Assembly: GCA_041500865.1 (NCBI GenBank)
Contig: JBGQMY010000021.1
Span: 1-21,309 of the forward strand
Length of the DNA stretch: 21,309 nt
Origin: Candidatus Micrarchaeia archaeon
Lineage (GTDB): Archaea > Micrarchaeota > Micrarchaeia > Anstonellales > J096
Direction of reading: 5' to 3'
Both the position numbers and the translations under genes were made by a program. Positions 7,524 through 16,241 of this stretch are shown here, piece after piece; the first letter of the stretch is position 1; every line of letters begins with the position of its first letter. Under the pieces are notes generated by a model that had not been told where the DNA came from, did not search any database, and saw only the letters and a program-made list of their open reading frames with translations.

Positions 7524-10064
7524 ATGATAACCAAATCGCTCTTCTCGTTTGAAGACGGGGAGATATACGGCGTCCTTGAGCCTGAGGTCGGGGACTGGTT
7601 CAGGAAAAAATTCAAGTCCTTCACGCCAGCCCAAAGGCACTCTGTCATGTCAATACACAACAGGAAGAACGTCCTTGTCTCATCTCCGACTGGAAGCGGA
7701 AAGACTCTGTCGGCTTTCCTTGCCATACTCAACGAGCTGACAAGGCTCAAGAAAGGTAACAAGCTTGAGGACAAGGTTTACGTAATATACATATCGCCGC
7801 TCAGGGCGCTGAACAACGACATCAAAAAGAACCTTATGGTTCCGCTTGACGCAATAAGCAAGAAAATAGAAAATCTGGACATAAGGGTTGGGATACGGAC
7901 CAGCGACACAACTGCTTCGGAAAAGGCGAAGATGCTGAGGAAGCCGCCGCATATACTGATAACGACGCCCGAAAGCTTCGCCATCATGCTCAACGCGCCG
8001 AAGTTCAGGGGCCTGCTCACGGACGTCAGCTGGGTCATAACGGACGAGATACACTCGCTGGCAGGGAACAAGAGGGGCGCGCACCTCTCCCTTTCGGTTG
8101 AGCGGCTGAGCGCAGGCATGAATCCGGAGCCTGTCAGGATAGGCCTTTCCGCGACCATACACCCGCTTGACGAGGTGGCAAGATACCTTGTCGGGACTGA
8201 AAGGGACTGCATAGTCGTAGACGTCAACACGATGAAGGAGACCGAGATAGAGGTGAAGAGCCCCATAGAGGACCTGATTTACACGCCTGCCGAGGAGGCG
8301 AACGCCGCCCTTTACAAACTTCTGGACGAGGAGATAGAGGCACACAACACGACGCTGATATTTACCAACACCAGGAGCGCGACCGAGCGGGTGGTCTTCC
8401 ACCTCAAGTCCCTTTTCGGGAAGAAGTACGTGGACAGCATTGAGGCGCACCATTCCAGCATAAGCAGGGAGACAAGGATTGAGACTGAGGACAAGCTGAA
8501 ACAGGGGCTTCTGAAGGCCGTTGTTTGCTCAACAAGCCTTGAGCTTGGCATAGACATCGGAAGCATAGACCTTGTCATACTGCTCGGCTCGCCGAAAAGC
8601 GCGACGCGGCTCGTGCAGCGCATAGGGAGGAGCGGCCACAGGCTGAGCGACACCAGCGTCGGCCACGTCATTGTGCTTGACAGGGACGACATGATGGAAT
8701 CCGTGGTCCTTGCGCAGAACGCCCGCGAAGGGAAATTCGAGTCCATAAAGGTCGTGAAAAACCCGCTTGACGTGCTTGTCCAGCATGTTTTGGGCATGGC
8801 TTTGGAAAGGCCATGGGGCATAGACGAGGCATACAAGACAATAAGGAAATGCTACAACTATTCAACATTGGAAAAATCAGATTTCATGAACGTGCTGAAA
8901 TACGTTTCAGGCGAGTTCAACGAATTGGAGGCCAAATACGTATACGGGAAGATATGGATGGACAACGGCCAGTTCGGCAAGCGCGGCAAGCTGGCCCGCG
9001 CCATATACATCATGAATACCGGCACGATTCCGGACGAAAGCTCCGCCCCTGTCTTCATGCCGAACAACAAGTTCATCGGAAAGCTGGAGGAAGGGTTCAT
9101 AGAAAGGCTCGTTTCAGGCGATATCTTCGTGCTTGGCGGAAGGGCCTACGAGTTCATTTCCGCAAGGGGCAGCAAGGTCTTCGTGAACCCGGCCGTCGGA
9201 AAGAAGCCCACAATCCCTGCCTGGTTCTCCGAGATGCTGCCCTTGCCTTACGAATCGGCGCGGGACATTGAGAGGTTCAGGTGGGAGGCGCTTTCAATGG
9301 GCGAAAAGGAGCTTGCTGAGAAATACCATCTTGACGATGTTACGCTGAAGGCAGTAAGGAGCTATGTGCTGGAGCAGAAGAAATACGGCGTAGTCCCGAA
9401 CCCGAATGAGATGCTTGTTGAGGAATACGTTGACGAGGGCGGGCTCAAGAGCTACATATTCCATGCCGTTGCGGGCAGGAAGGCGACCGACGCGATTGGA
9501 AGGGCGTTCGCCAACTGGTTCGGCGAAAGGCTGAGGACGAACGTAAGGGTGACGATAAACGACTACGGGTTCATGGTGACGGTCGGGCGCTGGAAGCATA
9601 TCGGCGAGGAGGACATAAGGTCCGCGCTTTCCATGTCTAAGGAAAAATTCATATCCAACCTGAAATCGGCAATTTCAAAGAGCGAGCTGCTGAGAAGGAG
9701 GTTCAAGAACGTCAGCGTAAGGGGGCTCCTGGTCCTGAGGCGGTATCCGGGCAAGCTGATTTCACTCAAGAAACAGCAGTTCAACTCAGACGCGCTTTAC
9801 AGGCTGATAAACCTCTATTATCCGGATTTTCCTTTGCTGAAGGAGGCGTACCAGGAGGTCATGGAGGACGCGATACACGTTGACGAGGCAGTGCAGTGCC
9901 TTGAAGACATCGGAAAGAGGAACCTGGTGCTGCTGAGAGGCCGTGACGTGCCGACCCCGTTCGGGTTCAGCATAGCCGCGCTTGGCGCAAGCGACATCGT
10001 CATCGTTGAAGACAGGAAGGAGTTCATCAGGGAGCTGCATAAGAGGCTCGTGGGAAGCACATGA
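7524..10064 (+). CDS. lhr: Lhr-like ATP-dependent SF2 helicase (archaeal Lhr core)
   Basis: SPTGSGKT, YISPLRALNND, ITTPES, DEIH, GLSAT, FTNTRS, HHSS, TSLELGIDIG, QRIGRSGH, NTGTIPD, IPAWFSE. Confidence 0.95.
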   Translation: MITKSLFSFEDGEIYGVLEPEVGDWFRKKFKSFTPAQRHSVMSIHNRKNVLVSSPTGSGKTLSAFLAILNELTRLKKGNKLEDKVYVIYISPLRALNNDIKKNLMVPLDAISKKIENLDIRVGIRTSDTTASEKAKMLRKPPHILITTPESFAIMLNAPKFRGLLTDVSWVITDEIHSLAGNKRGAHLSLSVERLSAGMNPEPVRIGLSATIHPLDEVARYLVGTERDCIVVDVNTMKETEIEVKSPIEDLIYTPAEEANAALYKLLDEEIEAHNTTLIFTNTRSATERVVFHLKSLFGKKYVDSIEAHHSSISRETRIETEDKLKQGLLKAVVCSTSLELGIDIGSIDLVILLGSPKSATRLVQRIGRSGHRLSDTSVGHVIVLDRDDMMESVVLAQNAREGKFESIKVVKNPLDVLVQHVLGMALERPWGIDEAYKTIRKCYNYSTLEKSDFMNVLKYVSGEFNELEAKYVYGKIWMDNGQFGKRGKLARAIYIMNTGTIPDESSAPVFMPNNKFIGKLEEGFIERLVSGDIFVLGGRAYEFISARGSKVFVNPAVGKKPTIPAWFSEMLPLPYESARDIERFRWEALSMGEKELAEKYHLDDVTLKAVRSYVLEQKKYGVVPNPNEMLVEEYVDEGGLKSYIFHAVAGRKATDAIGRAFANWFGERLRTNVRVTINDYGFMVTVGRWKHIGEEDIRSALSMSKEKFISNLKSAISKSELLRRRFKNVSVRGLLVLRRYPGKLISLKKQQFNSDALYRLINLYYPDFPLLKEAYQEVMEDAIHVDEAVQCLEDIGKRNLVLLRGRDVPTPFGFSIAALGASDIVIVEDRKEFIRELHKRLVGST
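9957..10028 (+). repeat. Direct repeat copy 1 (inside lhr 3' end)
   Basis: Contains the 23-bp AGCATAGCCGCGCTTGGCGCAAG (9969-9991), identical to 10896-10918. Similarity extends on both sides. Confidence 0.9.
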
Positions 10065-10073
10065 GGTTTTGCC

Positions 10074-10562
10074 ATGGCAACCATTGAAAACGCATTGAAG
10101 AGGAACGTGTGCATCCAGTCGAAATCCGTGGTCGTGTCAGAGCTAAGGAAGATGTTTCGTGATCCCGGGACTGACATCTCGGCCGTTTGCGCCAGCATAG
10201 AGGCGGGCAGGTTCAGGAGTGCGGTCGTGCTGGCCAGGGCGGCGGGAGTGCCGGAAGGGATTGTGCGCATAATATGCTGCGACGCCGTGTGCTCGGAAAT
10301 CAACCATAAAAGGCACCTTAGCGCCGCAAGGCTGGCCAGGAAGTTCGGATTTGCTGTAAAGGAAACAATCAGCTGCCACAAGGCGATAGGAATCAGGATA
10401 TGCCGCGGCCAGTACAGGGAGGCAAGGGCGGTTTGCGCCGAGTTCGAAGTGGAGAAGGATGAACTCGAAAGGATAATCGCGTTCGTGGCAGAAAAGAAGG
10501 GGTTCGGCGAAACAAGGGTCAGGGAAATAAGAAAGAGGCTTGGAATCCATGAAGACGCTTAA
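10074..10562 (+). CDS. Hypothetical helical-repeat protein
   Basis: 162-aa ORF starting 10 nt after the lhr stop. Three ~33-aa repeats (IEAGRFRSAVVLARAAGV / INHKRHLSAARLARKFGF / ICRGQYREARAVCAEFEV). Confidence 0.7.
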   Translation: MATIENALKRNVCIQSKSVVVSELRKMFRDPGTDISAVCASIEAGRFRSAVVLARAAGVPEGIVRIICCDAVCSEINHKRHLSAARLARKFGFAVKETISCHKAIGIRICRGQYREARAVCAEFEVEKDELERIIAFVAEKKGFGETRVREIRKRLGIHEDA

Positions 10563-10872
10563 ATTCAGGAAGGAATTGGCCAAATTGATATTGGAAGGCA
10601 AGAAGGACAATACCTGGCGCCTGTTTGACGAAAAGGACATTTCTGTTGGCGATGAGGTTTCCCTTCTGGAGTGGGAATCAAAAGAGGAATTCGCAAAGGC
10701 GAAAGTGACATCCGTAAAAGAGGCAAAATTGGGGCGGCTGACGGACAAGGACAAGGAAGGTCATGAAAAGTTTTCTTCTGATAAGGAGATGTACAAAACT
10801 TATTCTACATATTACAGACAAAAAGTGGATGAAGACACGCTTGTCAAGATAATCAGGTTTGAGCTATTGTAA
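10549..10872 (+). CDS. ASCH domain (PUA-like, nucleic-acid-binding) protein
   Basis: MKTLKFRKELAKLILEGKKDNTWR...DISVGDEV...DKEGHE...IIRFELL fits the ASCH G-x-K-x-x-T-x-R pattern. ATG 10549 overlaps the upstream ORF end. Confidence 0.85.
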   Translation: MKTLKFRKELAKLILEGKKDNTWRLFDEKDISVGDEVSLLEWESKEEFAKAKVTSVKEAKLGRLTDKDKEGHEKFSSDKEMYKTYSTYYRQKVDEDTLVKIIRFELL

Positions 10873-10883
10873 AAAAGCTATCA

Positions 10884-10956
10884 CCGTCCTGATTTAGCAT
10901 AGCCGCGCTTGGCGCAAGAGACATTGTAATTGTTAAAGAGACAGAAAGAATTCATT
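10884..10956 (+). pseudogene. Decayed second copy of the lhr 3' end (direct repeat copy 2)
   Basis: Reads P-S-*-F-S-I-A-A-L-G-A-R-D-I-V-I-V versus lhr P-F-G-F-S-I-A-A-L-G-A-S-D-I-V-I-V, with an in-frame TGA and small indels near the end. Confidence 0.85.
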
Positions 10957-11872
10957 AATCTATATAAGAAGTAGGTTCAGAAAGGTAATAGCTGGCGCTT
11001 GATATATAATCAGGATTTGCTATCTTATCACAAGTTATATATGTTTGAATTAAAAAAGTCTGTTTAAATTCTAAAGTTTCTACTGAAAATGTATATTGAT
11101 ATATCTTGGGTTTATCCTTTGAATCCCCTTCTAATATTATAACAATATATTCTGGACTGTTTGGAAGAAGATAGATTCTTGCGAATAACCAATTCCCATT
11201 CTTCTCAAGTTTAATCCTATAAAATGGATTTGTATATATAGGATGAAAATTACCCATGCCAATATATTGACCTATAACATCTGAAGTACCTAATATTATC
11301 GATCTTAGCGGGGATTGGCGAACAACATCAATTCCATATTGAGCAACTGCATATCCATAAGCAATTTTAGCCAGCATTTTCTCAAATTCAACCCCTTTAT
11401 GGATATGAGAACTTTCTATTTCATTTGTATTTAAAGATTTTAAAATTTCTTTGGTTTCTTTTAATGATTCTCCTATTTGATGTAGTTGAACTCCAATAAT
11501 ATTAATACCATGATCTGGCATATCACCACCAAACACACCGGGCAGGGGATATTCTAAAAAGTTAATAAATGTTGGACATTTCTCTTTAGGCAAATAAATT
11601 TCTTCCTTTTTATTATCATATACTGCTACCATCGAAAGATTTTCTGGCAAAGAAGATTTTCTAGATGGCATATCCAATTTAGTGCGAATTTGAAGTAACT
11701 CTTTATGAAGGACGTTTAATTCGATTTTGCTTGTTATATCCTGACACTTTTTGCAGGATGCATTCAAAAGAATATCAGTTCCACCCAGTCCATAAGCAAT
11801 AATATGCTCATTGCTAAGTTTGTCACTGCGATTACCGCAATATATACATTCCCTAATTGGACCAAATTTCAT
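10955..11872 (-). CDS. HNH endonuclease-domain protein, AT-rich (likely horizontally acquired)
   Basis: N-terminal CIYCG...SNEHIIAYGLGG...SCKKCQ zinc-binding HNH pattern, later LAKIAYGYA helix. Hand count gives 12 G+C in 60 nt at 11041-11100 versus 33 in 60 at 8161-8220 in lhr. Confidence 0.82.
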   Translation of the reverse strand: MKFGPIRECIYCGNRSDKLSNEHIIAYGLGGTDILLNASCKKCQDITSKIELNVLHKELLQIRTKLDMPSRKSSLPENLSMVAVYDNKKEEIYLPKEKCPTFINFLEYPLPGVFGGDMPDHGINIIGVQLHQIGESLKETKEILKSLNTNEIESSHIHKGVEFEKMLAKIAYGYAVAQYGIDVVRQSPLRSIILGTSDVIGQYIGMGNFHPIYTNPFYRIKLEKNGNWLFARIYLLPNSPEYIVIILEGDSKDKPKIYQYTFSVETLEFKQTFLIQTYITCDKIANPDYISSASYYLSEPTSYID

Positions 11873-11946
11873 TTTAATCACTTAGCCAAAAAGAGTATGG
11901 TACTTAGCGTTTAAAAAATATCCTAGACGTCTTTGCCAATATAATG

Positions 11947-13923
11947 TCAATTGTAGTTGGTTATGTCCTTGCGCATTACGACGACGTAGGCCAGCAGGAC
12001 TGAAAGCAGCACTAAATAGGATATGAGCGCCGCTATGTCAACGCCGGGGCTGCCACCTGTGATGAGCACGACCTTGAATATGCTTGTGACGTGCGCCAGG
12101 GGCAGCGCCTGCTGGAGCAGCTGAGTGTATACGGGCAGCAGCTCAGGCGAGAACACGATGTTTCCCAGGAAAAGCATCGGTATGGCAATCAGCAGGCATC
12201 CCTGTATCGCCGCGGACTCGCTCTGCGCGTAGAACCCCACAAGCACGCCTATTGATGAGAGCACAAGCGACGAAATCATGGTCCCCCACAGCAGCACGCC
12301 CCAGTCCATTGGCGGGCTCACGCCGAACAGCAGCGACGCAATTGCCAGTATGAGGGCGACCTGACCGAATGACAGGAGCACGAGCGTCGCTATCTTCCCT
12401 GCGACGAGGTTTGCCAGCGCGCCAGGCGCGAGCAGCGCGCGCACGATGGTCTTTCTCGTCTTCTCGCGCACCAGGCTCACGGAGCCCAGCAGGAAACAGG
12501 AGAACAGGAGCGAGACCGCAATCACCTGCGGCATGACGAAGTCCACAAAGCTCGCCTTTGCATACTGGTTTTCCACTTTCACGGAAAGCGGCGATGCAAT
12601 GACCTTGGGGTCCTTGGCAGTCTGCTCCGCAACCGTATTCTCAAGCGTCGCTATCAGCTGCTCCACCGAATCGGCCTGCGCCATGGCCGCATCCAGCGTG
12701 GACTCCACCTGCGAGCTTGTGTTCCTTATGTCCGAAAGCAGCGCCCCCAGCGCAGACACCTGCAGCCTAGCGCTGGAAAACGAGCCGTTGAGGCTGGAAA
12801 GCGCAGCGGACGCATTGTCAAGCGCGTCCTCAGTTTCGGAGAGCGCGGCGCTCTTGCTTTTGGCGTTCATGATGGCGATGGAATAGTTGTCAAGGGATGA
12901 ATAAGCCCCGTACAGCGTGCCGTTGAGTTCAACAAGAGTCTCCTTTTCCTGCTGCATGTCAATGATTTGCTGCGCGGTGCTGTCCCTGAGCGACCGCAGG
13001 CCTGCCAGGTTCAGGTCAAGCGCAGCCCCTGTGACGGCATCGGAAGTGGCATTCCTTATCAGCTCCAGCCCCATTATTGATTCGTCCAACCTGTTGCGCG
13101 TTTCCGTCAGGTTTGCCGATTCGCTGTCAAGCTTGGCGCATGCCCCGTCAAGCGCGCCTATGGAGCCGTTGAGCGCCTCGCTGGCGTTGGCGATGAATGA
13201 ATCGCTCCGCGCGAACAGGCCATTGCTGCTTTCGGAAGCGTTAGCCAGCGTGCCTTTCTGCACAAGAAGAAGGGCCTGCAGGTCCGCCGTCTCGGCGGAA
13301 GCATTGTCCAGCGTCCCTTCCAGCGAGGAGATGCTGATGTTGTCTATCTTAAGCCTGACTTCCGCGAGCGTGGCCTTGGTGTCCTGCATCCTGGCTTTCG
13401 TTTCTGCCAGCTCCCCGCTGAGCGAAGAAGCGGAGCTGTTCAGGCCGCGGAGCTCGCCCCAGGCAGTGTATACATAGCTCCTTGTTATGTTCGCCGAGGA
13501 AGCCTCTATGACCGCGGACATTGCCGTGAGCATCGCCTGCTCAAGGGAAAGGTCTGAGTTGTCCACAAGGATGCGCACTTCGGAGCCGTTGCCCTGTGAA
13601 ATCATCTTGTCAAAGTCTGCCGGGACGACTATTACCGCATGCAGCTGGCCGTTCCTGAACGCATCCATCGCGTCCTCCTCGGAGGCGTAGCTCCGGAGGT
13701 TGAATGCGTGCGACTGGTTGATTTCGCTTAACAGCGCCTCTGCGAAAGTGGCGTTGGCAGCCCCTGTTATGCCTATCGGAAGCCCGGATATCTCCATTGA
13801 GCGGAAGGAGCTGCCCATGAAGAGCATTATGAAAATCGGGAACATGACGAGCACGATTAGCATTGTGCGGTCGTGGGATATTTCCTGCAGTTCCTTCCTT
13901 ATGACCGAGAGCACTTTCACCAT
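11947..13923 (-). CDS. ABC-2 type exporter permease with long extracellular coiled-coil insertion (YhgE/Pip-like architecture)
   Basis: N-terminal VIRKELQEISHDR plus a TM helix, AVIVVPADF, ~300 aa of Ala/Ser/Leu heptad-like sequence, then several TM helices with SLVREK and ALPLAHV motifs. Confidence 0.85.
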   Translation of the reverse strand: MVKVLSVIRKELQEISHDRTMLIVLVMFPIFIMLFMGSSFRSMEISGLPIGITGAANATFAEALLSEINQSHAFNLRSYASEEDAMDAFRNGQLHAVIVVPADFDKMISQGNGSEVRILVDNSDLSLEQAMLTAMSAVIEASSANITRSYVYTAWGELRGLNSSASSLSGELAETKARMQDTKATLAEVRLKIDNISISSLEGTLDNASAETADLQALLLVQKGTLANASESSNGLFARSDSFIANASEALNGSIGALDGACAKLDSESANLTETRNRLDESIMGLELIRNATSDAVTGAALDLNLAGLRSLRDSTAQQIIDMQQEKETLVELNGTLYGAYSSLDNYSIAIMNAKSKSAALSETEDALDNASAALSSLNGSFSSARLQVSALGALLSDIRNTSSQVESTLDAAMAQADSVEQLIATLENTVAEQTAKDPKVIASPLSVKVENQYAKASFVDFVMPQVIAVSLLFSCFLLGSVSLVREKTRKTIVRALLAPGALANLVAGKIATLVLLSFGQVALILAIASLLFGVSPPMDWGVLLWGTMISSLVLSSIGVLVGFYAQSESAAIQGCLLIAIPMLFLGNIVFSPELLPVYTQLLQQALPLAHVTSIFKVVLITGGSPGVDIAALISYLVLLSVLLAYVVVMRKDITNYN

Positions 13924-13927
13924 GCAA

Positions 13928-14695
13928 TCACGCCGTGGGCTTCGCCAGATGGGCGAAAACGTCCTCCATCTGGTTGAGCCTGTACTTGGCTTTCAGCTCC
14001 TCCGGGGTTCCTGACGCGACCAGGCGCGAGGCGTACATTATCGCGACTCGGTGGCAGAGCCGCTCCACCTCGTCCATGTAATGCGACGTTATTATTATAG
14101 TCTTGTTTGATGCGTGCATCCTCTCTATGAGGGCCCATATCTCCTTGCGGACTACGGGGTCAAGGCCCACTGTGGGCTCGTCAAGCAATACAATTTTTGG
14201 GTCGTGGACCAGCGCACATGCCATATTGAGCCTTTTCTTCATGCCGCCCGAGAGCCTGGACGCCAGCGTGTCCGCCTTTTCGGAAAGGCTCATGTCCTGG
14301 AGCAGCTTCCTTATCCTTCCAGTCTTCTCCGCGGAAGGGATGCCAATCATCTCAGCGAAGAACTCAAGGTTCTCGCGAACGGTTAGGGTTTCATAGAACG
14401 AGTTTTCCTGCATCACGAACCCCATTTCCGGCCTCGGGAGCCTCTGCATCTCCTTTATGCTCTTGCCGAGCATTATTATTGTGCCGGATGACGGCGCCAG
14501 CAGGCCGGAGAGCATGTTGAACGTAGTGGTTTTTCCGCTGCCGTTTGCGCCCAGCAAGCCGAAAATCTCGCCGCTTTCCACGGAAAAGGAGATGCGGTCC
14601 ACTATGATGCGTTCGTTCATTATCTTGGTGAGCTCGCTGACTTCCACCGCTGGCTGGATGTCCTTTTCCTTCTTGTCTTTTGCGGCTTCGGCCAT
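13928..14695 (-). CDS. ABC transporter ATP-binding protein (ABC-2/drug-exporter type)
   Basis: Walker A GANGSGKT, signature LSGGM, Walker B LLDEPTVGLDP, SHYMDE. ATG 14695 is preceded by GGTGA. Confidence 0.95.
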   Translation of the reverse strand: MAEAAKDKKEKDIQPAVEVSELTKIMNERIIVDRISFSVESGEIFGLLGANGSGKTTTFNMLSGLLAPSSGTIIMLGKSIKEMQRLPRPEMGFVMQENSFYETLTVRENLEFFAEMIGIPSAEKTGRIRKLLQDMSLSEKADTLASRLSGGMKKRLNMACALVHDPKIVLLDEPTVGLDPVVRKEIWALIERMHASNKTIIITSHYMDEVERLCHRVAIMYASRLVASGTPEELKAKYRLNQMEDVFAHLAKPTA

Positions 14696-14837
14696 ATTCA
14701 CCAAATCTCATGGCAGGCAGTCTGGCCTGCGGTTCCGGCGCTTGCAATGTTAGGAACCAATGCGTATATATACTCTTTTCAAAGCCCCTCTCTAACGACC
14801 TCAAAGCACGACATTGCGTAGGTCTTGGATATGCCCA

Positions 14838-16241
14838 TTATTGCATGATTTCCCTGAGGATTTTTTCCGCCTCTGTCGCGTCAGCAGTGCCTTTCGTCTT
14901 CTGCATGACCTTACCCACCAAGAAATGCAGCGACTTCGCGTTTCCGCCCTTGTAGTCAAGCGCTGCCTTGTTGTTTTCCTTGATTGCCTCTTCGCACGCC
15001 TTTTTCACTGCCGCCAAATCCCCTGTCTTCAGCAAACCGAGGCTCTTTGCGATTCCAAGCGGCATTGCCCCGGCTGCCGGCTTGCCGCTGTCCCTTGCAG
15101 CCGCCATTTCCTTGCTGTCCAGCATGCCTATCAGCACCTGGTCAGCGGCCTTGTCCGTTATTTTCCCTGAAGAGAACATGCCGTAAAGCCCGCTTACATG
15201 AGCCCTTGAAAGCCCGCTTTTCCTATACAGCAGGTTCCTGTAGTTCAATTGCTTCATCAGGGGCCCGCGCATCCAGTTTGCAAGTTTTTGTGTGTTGAAC
15301 GTCTTGGTCATTTCCTCATATGCGTCGGCAAACTCCTTTTCGGCAACAAGGACCATTGCGTCCTCAGCGCCTATCTTGTAGTGCTTTGACATCCTTTCCG
15401 CCCTTGCGTCAGGAAGCTCAGCAACTTCTTTTTCTGCGTTCGCCCATTCCTCCTTGCTTATCAGTATCGGAAGTATGTCGGGGTCCGGGACATACCTGTA
15501 GTCGTCAGCGGTCTCCTTTTTTCTCAGCCTCACCGTTATGCCGCTGTTTTCGTCAAAGTGCCTTGTTTCCTGGACGATTGGAATGCCCTGCTCAAGCTGG
15601 GTCGCCTGCCGCTTTATTTCGAATGACAATGCATCATACACGTTTGAGAATGAGTTGATGTTCTTGACTTCAACCCTGTTTCCGCCTTCTATGCTTACGT
15701 TGGAGTCGACCCTCATTGAGCCGACCTCCTCCTTTATCAAGTCGAAATAGCGGAGGTAATGCTCCAGCTTTCCAAGGAACTTGCGCGCGTCTTCAGGGCT
15801 TTTCATGTCAGGCGCGGTCACGATTTCCGCAAGCGGGATTCCGCTCCTGTTGTAGTCAACAGTCCCTTTCTTCAGCTCATACCTGCCAGGGTCTTCCTCG
15901 AAATGGACCTCCCATATCCCTATGCCATTGAGCTTTCCGCCCTTTGCGACAGGCTTCGACGTCCTTTGGTAGCCTGACGGCAGGTCAGGGTAGAAATAGT
16001 GCTTCCTTTGCACGAAGATTGGCTTTTCCTCATGCTTTGACCCAAGCATGCACGCCATTTTGAGAACTGTCTTGATTGCTTTTTCATTGATTCCCATGGG
16101 CTTTCCGCCAGGCTGTCCTGCGCATATCGGGCAGATGTTCGTGTTTGCCTCTGCTTTGCCATAGTCCGTGCGGCAGGCGCAGAACAGCTTGGATTCCGTG
16201 TTCAGCTGGACGTGTATCTCAAGCCCTATCATCGTGTTCAT
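14838..16241 (-). CDS. gatB: Asp-tRNA(Asn)/Glu-tRNA(Gln) amidotransferase subunit B
   Basis: IGLEIHVQL...KLFCAC, RKHYFYPDLP, EEDPG, DYNRSGIPLAEIVT, RVEVKNINS, DYRYVPDPD, FLVGKVM. No GatE-type insertion. Confidence 0.96.
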   Translation of the reverse strand: MNTMIGLEIHVQLNTESKLFCACRTDYGKAEANTNICPICAGQPGGKPMGINEKAIKTVLKMACMLGSKHEEKPIFVQRKHYFYPDLPSGYQRTSKPVAKGGKLNGIGIWEVHFEEDPGRYELKKGTVDYNRSGIPLAEIVTAPDMKSPEDARKFLGKLEHYLRYFDLIKEEVGSMRVDSNVSIEGGNRVEVKNINSFSNVYDALSFEIKRQATQLEQGIPIVQETRHFDENSGITVRLRKKETADDYRYVPDPDILPILISKEEWANAEKEVAELPDARAERMSKHYKIGAEDAMVLVAEKEFADAYEEMTKTFNTQKLANWMRGPLMKQLNYRNLLYRKSGLSRAHVSGLYGMFSSGKITDKAADQVLIGMLDSKEMAAARDSGKPAAGAMPLGIAKSLGLLKTGDLAAVKKACEEAIKENNKAALDYKGGNAKSLHFLVGKVMQKTKGTADATEAEKILREIMQ

